Positions 1 through 10,687 of a stretch of DNA of 64,000 nucleotides are shown one piece after another (the first letter of the stretch is position 1; every line of letters begins with the position of its first letter). The stretch spans positions 1,426,001 to 1,490,000 of the forward strand of contig LSRY02000011.1 in the NCBI GenBank assembly GCA_001643675.2, in the 5' to 3' direction. Both the position numbers and the translations under genes were made by a program. The DNA is from Monocercomonoides exilis PA203 (lineage: Eukaryota; Protista; Preaxostyla). The notes beneath the pieces are model-generated. The model ran no database searches. It saw nothing but the letters and a program-made list of their open reading frames with translations, and had not been told where the DNA came from.

Positions 1-240
1 GAATCTTTTATTTCTCTTTGTCAGCCATCTCCTTCTCCCTCTCCTTCATCATCATCATCATCATCTTCTTCTTCTTCTTCCTCTTCTTCTGTCTACCAAT
101 CAGAGCCAATTTCATTCAGAATCCATTCTTCTGCTTATTCCTCCATTCCACCTGCCATTTCAGCCACTTCTTCATTCAATTCCCCCACCTCTTCCATCAC
201 AATGACACAAACTTCAACCTCTTCTTCATTCTTCTTCTTT

Positions 241-298
241 CTCTTCTTCCTTCTCTTCTTCCTTCTCTTCTTCCTTCTCTTCTTCCTTCTCTTCTTCT
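241..298. repeat. 12-bp tandem repeat (CTCTTCTTCCTT), about 4.5 copies, in a pyrimidine-rich low-complexity region
   Basis: Repeat unit read directly at 241-298. Confidence 0.85.
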
Positions 299-310
299 TA
301 TTCTTCTTCG

Positions 311-1500
311 TTGCTGCCCTTTTCTAGAAACAAATTTCTGACAGGCGTTGAGCAGCAGATGAGGTGGATGAGGCAGCAGTTCGGAAGAAGAAGGAAAAGA
401 CAAAATTTTGTTCTTTCACGATATGCGTTTGAGGCGCTGCCGCTGTTTGCAGAGTTTCGGATGGTGGAGCAGAATGCAGAGAATTTGGAGAAGAGGAAGA
501 GAGAAAGAGAGAGAGCGAAGGAAAGAGAGAGAGAAGCAAGGAACGAGAGGAGAGAGGAGAGAAGAACAAAATTACTGATAAGTTGAGGAAGGAATTAAAG
601 CATGCAAGTGATAGGGATAATAGCTACAATGAAAATGAATATTTAGCAAAAGCAGAAGAAAACGAGAGTATATCATTGATTAGAAGAAATTCTCTGAAGA
701 AAACAAAAAAGAAAGAAGAAAGTGAATGCCTTTACAACAGCTCCATCTTCAGCCATGAAGACAGGAGAAGAAAGATGAGACACAAACAGAGATAAAAACT
801 GCTTCGGCTGATGAAACCGAAGGAGATATAGAGGAAAGATGAATGAGAAAGATGAGCGGGAGAGCAGGAAAATGGAGAAAGAAGAAAAAGACAAGAATTT
901 GTTTAACAGCATCCCAGGAATACTACAACCACACCTTGAGACAGGCACGCCGAACAACCAGAAGGAGAACAAAATGGCCAGCTAGGCACAGCAAGAGGCG
1001 AAAGAAAGTCAAACGCCAATTTTGACGAGAGAGCGGAAATTGGACTGCATGCTGAATGATTTAGCCAATTCTGACTTAGAAGATTTGGACAATGAACTGG
1101 ATGTGCCTTGCCGCTATGTGCGTATTAAAAGCGAAAAAAAACAGGCAATTTGTGTGGAAGATGCGAAAATTGCCTGTGTGTGCAGCAGTCGACGCGAGGC
1201 AGACGAGAACAAGACTGGATCTAATGAGTGCGCTGAAGATCGTTCTTAAGCAAAGACGTGCGGAACTGCAAAGAGGAAGCATAAGTGACACACAGAAAGG
1301 GAAGGAAAGGAGAAGGGAAAAGATAACCGCAACTGTTTCAGAAGGAGAAATGGATAAGAACCTGTAGAAAGAGCAGTGTACCTGGGAGAAGAGATGCGCT
1401 GTCGTTTTCAAAATTGGAATCTTTCTTCGCGTAGCAGAATTCGATGGCGATGGATTTGATGAGGAAATATTCTGCACTCAATTTGGTTGCGCCTTTTGAT
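311..1500 (+). pseudogene. Probable decayed coding sequence (E/K/R-rich), family unknown
   Basis: Chain of short overlapping + ORFs in shifting frames (311-586, 583-795, 843-1025, 1022-1249, 1092-1367) with coding-like purine bias and no recognisable motif. Confidence 0.25.
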
Positions 1501-3256
1501 TCAGCTGCTGATTTTGCTGCAAATACAAATATTGCTCTTCATCCTCTTTCTCACTGAACTTTTTCACTTGTCAGTTCTCCCTTGTTTATGAACGCCCAAC
1601 AACAGTCTTCTCGTTCTTTCAGAACATCTCAATCTCCTTCCCTCTTATCTCGATCCGTTCATCCATATTCTGCTAATCCTGCTGCTCCTGGTTCACTTTC
1701 TCCACTTTCACTATCTGCTCTATCTTCGTCTCCTTCTCTTTCGTTCAGCTTTCGTCAAATTCATCATTAGGCCTCGTCTATCATTCCTATTCAGAAGCAC
1801 AGATAATTATTTATTCTGAAATAGAATTTCAACCAACCTAACACGTTAATGAAATGAATAATATTGATCTGGAATAGCCTATCATCGTGCATGCAACAGA
1901 AAATAGAGATAGACTCAGCTTTTCATTTGGAAGCTGAAAGAATTCACAGAAAGCAGAAAGAGCAGGGCAGAAAACAATATTTGGTACGAATGATTATATG
2001 GATGATCTCCCAGAGATTTCTCGATGCTGTTTGAATTCGACTAGTCGTGAAAGATGAAACAAAGAGAGAAAGCGGGATTTGAGGAAAAGGCATATTTGAA
2101 GAGAAATTATATGAGATTCTTGCTCTCATATGATATGAACAAGTTGAAATCGGAATGTTGAGGAAATAAATGTTTTTGAAGAACTTTCTGATATGATCGA
2201 AGAAAGGAAAATGGAAATATGCTTTCAACAATGAGATTTATTTTCATTGGATGCAGAAACCAAAAGAGATGAGGAAATCTAGAAGAAATATTTTTGTCTG
2301 AGCCAACATCAAATTTCTCGAAAGATAAGCTATTATTTATTCTTCAGTTGAAAAAGCGATGAAAGCTCAAGGATTTTTCAAAGATATGGAAAATGGAAAG
2401 AATAATAAAAAAATCAGAAAAAGTTTATCATTTCCAGTGATTTTTGTATTTGGAGAACGGAATGTGAGAGTGTTTGTGGGAATGAAAGTGGAGACGAGAA
2501 GAGAGAGGGAGGTATCGCTGAAGGGAGCAATGCATCCGAGAGTATTATCCGCTGTGGCGCAGGGGCTTTTCTGTGATTTGCCACAGGCATCAGTTTCAGT
2601 TCCATTGCTGGGATCGATTTTGTTCTGCGCGATGAGGGGGAGCCAGCCATTGAACTCAGCTTTTCTAATTTTTCACCATTTCATTTAACGTTTGATGAAG
2701 CTTCTGAATCAAATTAAAAAAACGGAGATTTATCTGCTACACAAAAGTGAGGGGAAAATGAGAAAAATAACTATTATTGTTTGATTGATTCCAATATTTT
2801 TGTTTTCTTATCATCTTTTCTGTTCTTCTTTATGATCTTTCTCTTTTCAATGTTAAGTTTTTCCAATTATTAATTTTTAACTACTTTTTTGAAGTTCGAT
2901 TTATATATTTTCTCCACTTATTAAAAAAAATTTGATCAAAATATCCTTTTTCGCCAAAAATAAAAAAAAGGTATGGATTTTTGTTTAAATATATAAATCT
3001 TATAAATGTTTTATCAATACATGCTAAATACTCATAAAAAATCAATTCTTGTTATCAGAACAAAAAAAAACTATTTGATCAATAAATACCACAATAGAAT
3101 TTCTTTTTTCAATTTTTGATCTTTTTTTATGAAGTCAAAAAAAATCACCCATATCGAAAATTATTTGGAATGATTAATTACGAAAGTTATGAATAATTTT
3201 CCACAGGAAATGAAAGAATTAATAGAAAAGTCAATTACAAAATTAAAAAAAAAACA

Positions 3257-4632
3257 TTAAGCGAAAAGTGAAGAATCAGAATCAGAAGCCTTATAAATCG
3301 CTCCGAAATTACTTCCTTCAGGCGCTTTTGTTGGCTCCACAGAATTCTCGGCCCAAGATGGTGGATTTTCCGGTAAATGCTTGAGAACAACTGATTTATC
3401 AAAAGGCCAGAGCCCAGTAACTTTCCACGATGAGATAATTGTGCTTGGATAGCTGGCCGCTGCCAACCCATCTCGAAGTATTGTTGTAAAAACTTCTCTT
3501 TTCTCTGAGGCTGTCGTTGTCTGTCCACTTTCTGTTGCTCTAGCAAATACTCTTTTCATATTGGCAAAAATAAACTGATCATTCGGTTGAATGATATGCG
3601 ATGTGTGAGATGGCAATTTAATCAAATCCACAAGATTATCTTTACAGAGTCTTTTCATTTCTTCAGTGAAATGTCCAACACCACCGTCCATTATCAACGC
3701 TGCATGCCTGTATTTCTCCCCAATGGCAATCCTTTTTTTGATAATTTCTGGAAGAAAGCAGATTCTGAATAATTCAAAAAACAATGATGATGTGACATGT
3801 CCAGTTGTCGATGGGAAGAATACTTCTTGTGAGGTTGTGGCCAACTTGTACTCATCCGGCAAAGTTTTATATGGAATGACTATGGGAGTTAAATATCTGC
3901 AGCCATCTGCGCTGCACATGAAGACGATTGAAGTTGCAGTTGGAAGAGATGTTTCTGGTGTTATCACTGAAGGCGAAGATGAAGATGAAGCGACTTGATC
4001 ATTTTTTCTTTTATGAAAAAAGGTTGAGGTTTCATCGATATTGAATAACAATTGAGGAATCGGTTTTTCCTCGTTAAGATACGATTCGTATAAATCGAAA
4101 AAAGGTATTAAAACCTTTCGGCAAGAATGAGCGGCCCTTCCGATTGGAAGAGCCTTTGGCTTTGCAAACACAATCTCTGGATGTCTTTGCAAAAACCGTT
4201 CCGTCCAGTGCTTGTCCACTGATTTGCATTCTTCACCTTCATTCCTTTTCTTTTGCAACATTTCATTTGCCTGTAAATAGAAAAAAATTAAAAAAATATA
4301 TAAACACATCCATTACAAACCGTTTGAGTTATGTATTTTTTTGTTGGAAATTTACCAATTTTTATTTCGTCAAGAAACAACTGTTTCATTTCCAACTCTT
4401 CAGCTTCGTCAAATAATGTGGGCCTACCACATTTCCCAATGCTTCTGCCATTGTCCCTTGCTTTGATCGCTCGCTGCAGTGAAAATCTTTTTAACAAGCC
4501 GCTTTTATCAATCTGTCTTTCAGAATACTCAAAAATATCGTGAACGTACAAGGCTTTAATGTGTGGATCTCCCAGTGATCTTATTTCACTCGTTGCGTTG
4601 ACGTGCGTAAAGGAGGGTTTTGTTTTTAACAT
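3257..4632 (-). CDS. pogo/Fot1-like DDE transposase (N-terminal HTH/CENP-B-like region + DDE_1 domain), two exons, about 441 aa
   Basis: Exon 4632-4321 (GRPTLFDEAEELE), a 50-nt GTTTGT..TTACAG intron at 4320-4271, then exon 4270-3257 in frame. Motifs W-x-x-RFLQRH, FNIDET, CSADG, LIMDGG..H, LPSHTSHIIQPND and TGLWPF. There are 35 residues between the 2nd and 3rd Asp (DD35D). Confidence 0.92.
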
Positions 4633-4671
4633 TTTGATCTGAAACTTTTTTTATATTTTTTGATCAAAAAT

Positions 4672-4712
4672 GGCCCGGATTTCCTCCCCGGCCCGGGTTT
4701 CCTCCCTCACTA
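4672..4712. mobile_element. Putative transposon end: two 18-bp direct repeats (GGCCCGG(A/G)TTTCCTCCC(C/T)) followed by CAC and TA
   Basis: GC-rich tandem pair at 4672-4689 and 4690-4707, 40 bp upstream of the transposase ATG, ending in TA, the Tc1/mariner/pogo target dinucleotide. No clear matching opposite end was found. Confidence 0.6.
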
Positions 4713-4718
4713 AGCTGA

Positions 4719-4801
4719 GCAAGGATGGCCGAGTCGGTCTAAGGCGCTAGTTTAAGGTACTAGTATCTTCGGATGCGTGGGTTCGAATCCCACTCCTTGC
4801 A
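4719..4801 (+). tRNA. tRNA-Leu (anticodon AAG)
   Basis: Acceptor stem GCAAGGA/TCCTTGC, D arm TGGCCGAGTCGGTCTAAGGC, anticodon arm CTAGT-TTAAGGT-ACTAG, long variable arm, T loop GGTTCGAATCC, and a T5 Pol III terminator immediately after. Confidence 0.96.
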
Positions 4802-5220
4802 TTTTTCTTTTTTTCCATTTTAATAAAAAACAATTCTTTCTTTCTTTTTTTCCCTTTCAAGCTGGAGCACAAAATTAAAAGAATTAGAATGTTGTAAAAA
4901 AACAGAACAGAAATGAGAAAAAAGAAATGAAAAGGTTGTGCAAAAATGAAATAAAATGGAATAAAACGAAATAAAAAATGAAGTTTAAAAAATAACAATA
5001 ACAACAATGATAATAACAATGGTAGTAATAATCAGATGATGTGAATAGCATGATATATCTAAAATCCACTTTCAAACACAAAATCAAAAATTCTAGAGGT
5101 TATCACTTTGCGTGGCAAAGGGGGAAAGCCAGTCGTCTTCAAACAGCAAATAACATCAACGCAAACTGTTCGCCACAAGGCCCGTGAAGCCATCGCAATA
5201 CAAACAGGGGTGCGCGTGTG

Positions 5221-5960
5221 TCAAGAGGCGGTGAGGGCGTTCAGCCTGCGCTTCACTTCCTGCATGTCGGGCCGCTGCTCGGGCACTGCGTTCCAGCAGT
5301 CCTTCATGATGGCGATAAACTCCGCCGGTACGTCCTTCATCTTCGGCCCGTCCACAGGGAGCCGCGCCCCCGCCACCACCCTTTCTGCGATCTCTGCCCG
5401 GCTGAGCCCGTCGTACGCCTTCTCCTGGTTGCATATCTCCCACAGCAGCACCCCCAGCGCATACACATCCGACTTCGCATTCACCTTCCCGTGCGGCTGC
5501 AGCGACTCCGGTGCGAAGTGCGTGAAGTCTGCCATCCGCACCGGCCGCCGGCCCCGCATCTCCTCGTCCCGCCGCCCCTCGTCCCCCTTGTCCTTCCGCG
5601 TCTTGATGAAGTTCAGCCGCGCCGGCGTCCCGAACCCCGCGATCCGGATCGACCAGTCCCGCTCCACTACCACGTGCGACGCCCGCAGGTCTCCGTGGAA
5701 GTTCTTCTCTGCGTGCAGCCCCGACAGCGCCGTCGCTATCTGCTGGCTGAAGTTCAGCTTCGTCGCCCACACCAGCTCCTTCGCCTTGATCGGCTCCCGC
5801 AGCTGCCCGCCCGGCCCCGACACCGCCGGCCGCAGGTCCTCCCCGATTCTGCGTCTTCTTCATCCCCTCCGGAATCACAAACCCTGTCCCCGTCAGCCGC
5901 ATCCGCTCCATATCCTCAACCAGCTTCAGATTCGTCTCTTCATCGTCTGCCCCTGCCCTT
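5221..5960 (-). pseudogene. GC-rich tyrosine-kinase-like (TKL) kinase C-lobe fragment with degenerate catalytic motifs and an apparent frameshift near 5840
   Basis: QIATALSGLH..FHGDLRASHVVV..IAGFG..FAPE..KSDVYALGVLLWEI..LMKDCW-like..EQRP. The upstream coding-like sequence (LKLVEDMERMRLTG) is in another frame. No N-lobe is seen. Confidence 0.75.
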
Positions 5961-6460
5961 CCACCCCCTCTGCTTACACTCGTCGGACTCGACTCCGAAT
6001 TACTGTTGCACTTGTAATGGCTGATACATTTTTTTAATAGATTTAAAAGAGTTCTTTCTTTCAAGAAATTTCATTAGCTTTTTCACTGTCACTTTTAATT
6101 TAAAATTAATAAAACATAATTAACTACACCTAACGTAATTTTGGTGGTGTTCATAGGAAACATTTTTTTTTTAAATTGGAAACAACCTTAACAAATTGTT
6201 TTTGTAAATTCTTTTATCCTTTTTTTCAGTTGTTGAAAATTTAGTGAGTCATTGAGAGCAAAATTCGGGAAATTTATTTGCGTTGATAGTTTGCTCTTAT
6301 TAATAGGTTTTTCTTTTTCTGTTTTTATCATTTGATTTTATTTTGGAATTTTTCTTTTTTTTATTGATAATGTATTTTTTTTTTTTCGAAAATAAGATTT
6401 TTAATAATAAGATCACATTAATAAAAAGCAGATTGCTGTGCACTTTTTCTTTTGAAGGAA

Positions 6461-8599
6461 ATGTCTTTCCTTTCATGCATTGAGGGTTTTTAGAAATTCA
6501 TTCGTAAAGCGTTATCTTTTCACTAATGCCTTGTTTTAGAACATAAAATGCAGCCATTAAATAAATCCTTTCGGTCAAGTACAATTTCAAAATCAAGCCT
6601 GACATTAACATCCACAAATGGATCTTCCAACGATATTCAAGCATCTAAACGATCGCAAGAAACTCTTTCAAGCAAACCGTATTCGTATCTTCATTATATA
6701 GATAAAGTTTTTGGGAAATTCGATAGCAATGTAATTGATTATAAAGCATTTCCAGCAGAATTTCTTTCTTCAAAAACTGAAAAATGCTCTTCTCGAAGTT
6801 ATATGAATGAAAAATCACAGCTTTCCAATAACAAGCATCTTACAGAATTCCACTCTTTAACTTCTCAGACTTCAAAAGCCCTTGCACAATTCAACCGTGA
6901 CGACGCTTATTTTATGTCATTTTTGCCTTGTGAAAATAGCGGAACGAATTCAAGCGCAAACAATATAATTTCAGAAAAATCACATCCTTTAGAAACTGAT
7001 ATTTCGAAGCTCATAATAAAATCTGGATTTAACAAAGCAGCTTCTTTGAAAAACACAGAAAACGAAAAAGATTTGAGGAATGATAATTCTCACAGAAATG
7101 ACTGTGAATGTGAGATTTGCTATCCAAATCAATTCGCATCTAGCAAAAAAAAATCTCAAGTAGCAAAATCAATTTCACCAAGAGACGAACTGATATTAAG
7201 TGGAAAAACACTGAGAAATGAATTGAAAGCTTTGATGAAAACAGATGAACATAGCGACATTATCACCAGAAAGGAGCTAGCCGGAGATATTGAGACAGTA
7301 TTGGACAGGCCTGGCGAAGGGGCTGTGGATCTGGCAGAAAAAAGAGAGATTTTACTGAAGTGGAGATGTGAAGATCAGGAATGGAAGAAGAACCAGAAAT
7401 CAAAGAGATTTGGAAGTCGGAAGAAAATGAAGGAAACAAATGGAAATGACGATCTCGGATTCCAGCTAAAGGAAAAAGACGATTCAAATATCGCTGAAAG
7501 TGAGTTGAGCGAACAAGATTCGATAGAAGAAGATAGAGTGCATAGAAAGATCATAAAGCGGCAGATGAAAGAAGCCAAGCGATTTTACAAGGAATTTGGG
7601 TATGTGATACAGAAATACTGGGAAATAGACGAGAAAGAAAAGAAAATGTGGGAGGAATTTGAAGAGAAAATGCACGAAGACGAAGCGAAGAAGATGGAAA
7701 TTGATTTTGATTCAGGAAAGATGACAATTGAAGAGCTGAAGAGGAAGTTGTTTGATGAAGGAAGCGAACAAGCACTTTCAGAAGATGAGAGAAGCAGCTT
7801 GTTAAAGCAGCTCAGAAAAGCAGAAGCGAAAGAACGCAAAAAGGCAGAGGCAGAAAAGAGCAGTAAACTGGATCGCCATTTCCGGTTTATGGTGGAGTGT
7901 GCCCTGAGGCAAGGAAATTTGAATCCTGTTTTGGAGCTTTCTTTGACGAATCCGGAGATTGTGGCTAATGAGAAGTTGATAGCTGATTACACATTAGGAA
8001 AAGAAAGCAATTCATCAGAAATTTATCATTCAAGTGACGATATGCCACAACTTCAAGAAACGGATGATTTGTCTTTTCTGCAACCAAATTGTGAAATGAC
8101 TCGGACTCCGTTGGATTCTTCACATTTCTTCACTTCGATGGTTATGCCAAATAAAGATGATAATTATCAATTTACTCAAAGAACATTGTTTGATGAACGA
8201 CCATTTATTCATTCTCCTTCTATTGTTCAATCTGATTTGACATTGGAAAGAGAACACAATCAATCAAAATTGAATGATGAAAGCGATCTTGGAAAAGAAG
8301 AAGAAGAAGAAGATGATGATGATGAGTCAGAAGAAGGATTTGTTTTTTATTTTGATTCATCTACACCCTCACAACTTCAGCTTCCAGATGTTATTCCTTC
8401 ACCTCCTCATACTCCACCTCCTTCACCTCCGTCGAGCCCTGATTTATATTCCGTTATAGTCAAATCACAACAAGATTTATTCTCAATGCTTCAAGACGAA
8501 CGAGAAAATGATAAGAAAAATGAAGGTGCTTTTTGTGAAGGCGATGATGATTCAATTTCAGAAGGCTTCTATTTTGACTTTTCGGCAGAAATAGATTGA
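6461..8599 (+). CDS. Hypothetical protein, about 694 aa, with a charged coiled-coil middle and an acidic/Pro-rich C-terminus
   Basis: 683-aa ORF at 6548-8599. A probable first exon at 6461-6485 joins in frame via a GT..TAG intron at 6486-6539 with a CACTAAT branch-like motif. Confidence 0.75.
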
Positions 8600-9513
8600 A
8601 TTAGTTGATATTTTTATTGATTTCAAAACGAAGTTACTGTTATAGATTGCCAATTTCATTGGAAAATCTTTTGTTTTCCGCAAATTTTGTGACGATTGCT
8701 TATTTATAGACGTTGTTGCAAAATTTGAAATCTTTGGATAAAGAAAACTGGGAATAAGGAATAAACAAGTTACAAATGGGATTATTGAATGATTTGTTGT
8801 GTTCTAAGGTTTTGATTACAATTCTTAAAGTCAAAAAAAATAAAAACAAGAATGATGACTTTCATATGCTTATTCTTTTCAGCAAGTATTGAATTTACAC
8901 GCTAATTTCATTTTATCGAATAAATCAAAACATTGACATTTATTTTAAAAAGACACAAAATTTGAGTTTTTAGCTTCACTCTGAATAATGACTTGAAAAA
9001 ATAACTAAAATAAACTCAATAATCGTATTTGCATCTTATCTTTAAAAAGCATGCACGAAATTGTAAATATTAAGAAGTTGGCGTTATTCAAATAAACAAA
9101 ACACTGAAAATTAAAATAATAAATTTTTTCCATAGAATACATTCATAATCAATTAAAATAATAAGCAATAAATACAAAATGACACTTAAATGATACACAA
9201 AATGCAAAGAAAGCCATTCATTCAGTTGTAATCTTCACAAAATGAACAACCAAAGCCAAAAGATCAAAACATTGTCTTTTTTAATAAAAAATTACAATTA
9301 AAGGCTAATATAATGCTAATGAAATAAAACTATAAATTAATTTCTGTTTAAATAAACACCCGAAAAATGAAAAAATACATATCAAAAACTAAAAATCAAC
9401 TGAAAGTTTAAATTATCATACAAACAGTAATTTTATATGAAATTATATTTTTAAAAACAATTAGTTTAAATATTGATAGCAAACAACAATACAAAATAAA
9501 AATTTTGAAACAA

Positions 9514-10479
9514 TCAGGTACTTTTAACAATCTTTCCGCGTATAATTTGAAGCAGCCACACAATAGCGACGAGGACTGAAGGGAATATTGCAAGGACAAT
9601 CCATGCAATCCAATAGTTTCCTTTGCTAACCTCCAAAAATGGATATATGTATCTGCGTATAAATGCATCATATATCATAGAAGTTAGAATGAAAATCAAA
9701 ATACAAGTTTAAACATTCATAGAGAAAATGAAAAAAAAATGAATCAATTTTCAAACTTTTTCTTGATTGAATAGTGTAACATTGCAAAGCCAAGATATAA
9801 AAATATCATTGCAAATGGAATCAAGCAATGAGCAATTTTATATTGCGTTCGAGAGAATATGACTTGATCAATCAGGATGAAAATAAAGGACATTCCATGA
9901 GGAGTAAAGCAAAACCAGAATATGAACCATCCGCTCAATCCTAAATGTTTAAAATATCCAAAAAGGAAAATCCAAAACCCGGCCATTGCAGTTCCTCCAC
10001 CGGCAATTCCAAGAATTCCAATAACATACGTGAAGTAATCTCTTTCATTCAATTTTTGCTCATCTTCAAAAAGCGGAAGTTCAGAATTGGTTGTTTTTTG
10101 CCTTCCATAAGAAACAGCAAACTAATTTTAATCAAAGAAAAATGGAGATTTTTAAAAATGAAACTGCTCTTCAAACTGGTAATAAGCAAAGCAAACAGTA
10201 AAATATATGTAGACCCAAAAAAAACTTTGGACAGTATAAAATTTAAGAGAAACTTGCTCCCCTGTAAAAAGCATAAAATTAATATCACTTTAATTATATA
10301 AAAAGCAAACAAAGAATTCCAGTCAAAAGCCAGATGGACAAATATGTAAATGCGCATAATCTCCATATAAAAGCAATCGTACGAAAAGTGTTCGATCTCT
10401 TTAAAAACATTGTATTAATTCCTGTTTGCTCACATGTAATGGAAAACGAATGAGTGCAACAAGTTCTGCACGATACCAT
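9514..10479 (-). CDS. FAR-17a/AIG1/ADTRP-like (rolling stone-like) multi-pass membrane protein, multi-exon
   Basis: Hydrophobic exons spanning ORFs 10294-10479, 9744-10052 and 9514-9699. Motifs KFYTVQS (candidate catalytic Thr), TPHG (His) and YIYPFL. Exon boundaries are approximate. Confidence 0.65.
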
Positions 10480-10687
10480 TTAAAAAATAATAGGAGTATT
10501 AACTGTTTATGGGCATATTAATTTTTTTGCAAGTTGAATACAATTTGAGTTCAAAAATTTGAGGTAATGCGAGAAGGACTAAATGAGTCACAGAAAATTT
10601 ACTAATTTAATTAATGTAAGATATTTTGAAATGAAAAAAAAAATTCCTGATCCAACTTAAAAAATCAAATTATTGTTTGAATCTTTG

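Noticed and set aside
2746-2760. AGTGAGGGGAAAA as the missing left TIR of the transposase element
   Set aside because: Only an 8-bp match to the right end, with no 18-bp internal repeats and no flanking TA.
5108-6037. 309-aa and 268-aa + strand ORFs and a 302-aa - strand ORF over the GC island
   Set aside because: High GC suppresses stops. Only the 5221-5823 frame carries recognisable kinase motifs.
6126-6150. ACACC..GGTGT possible hairpin between divergent genes
   Set aside because: Only 5-bp arms, expected by chance.
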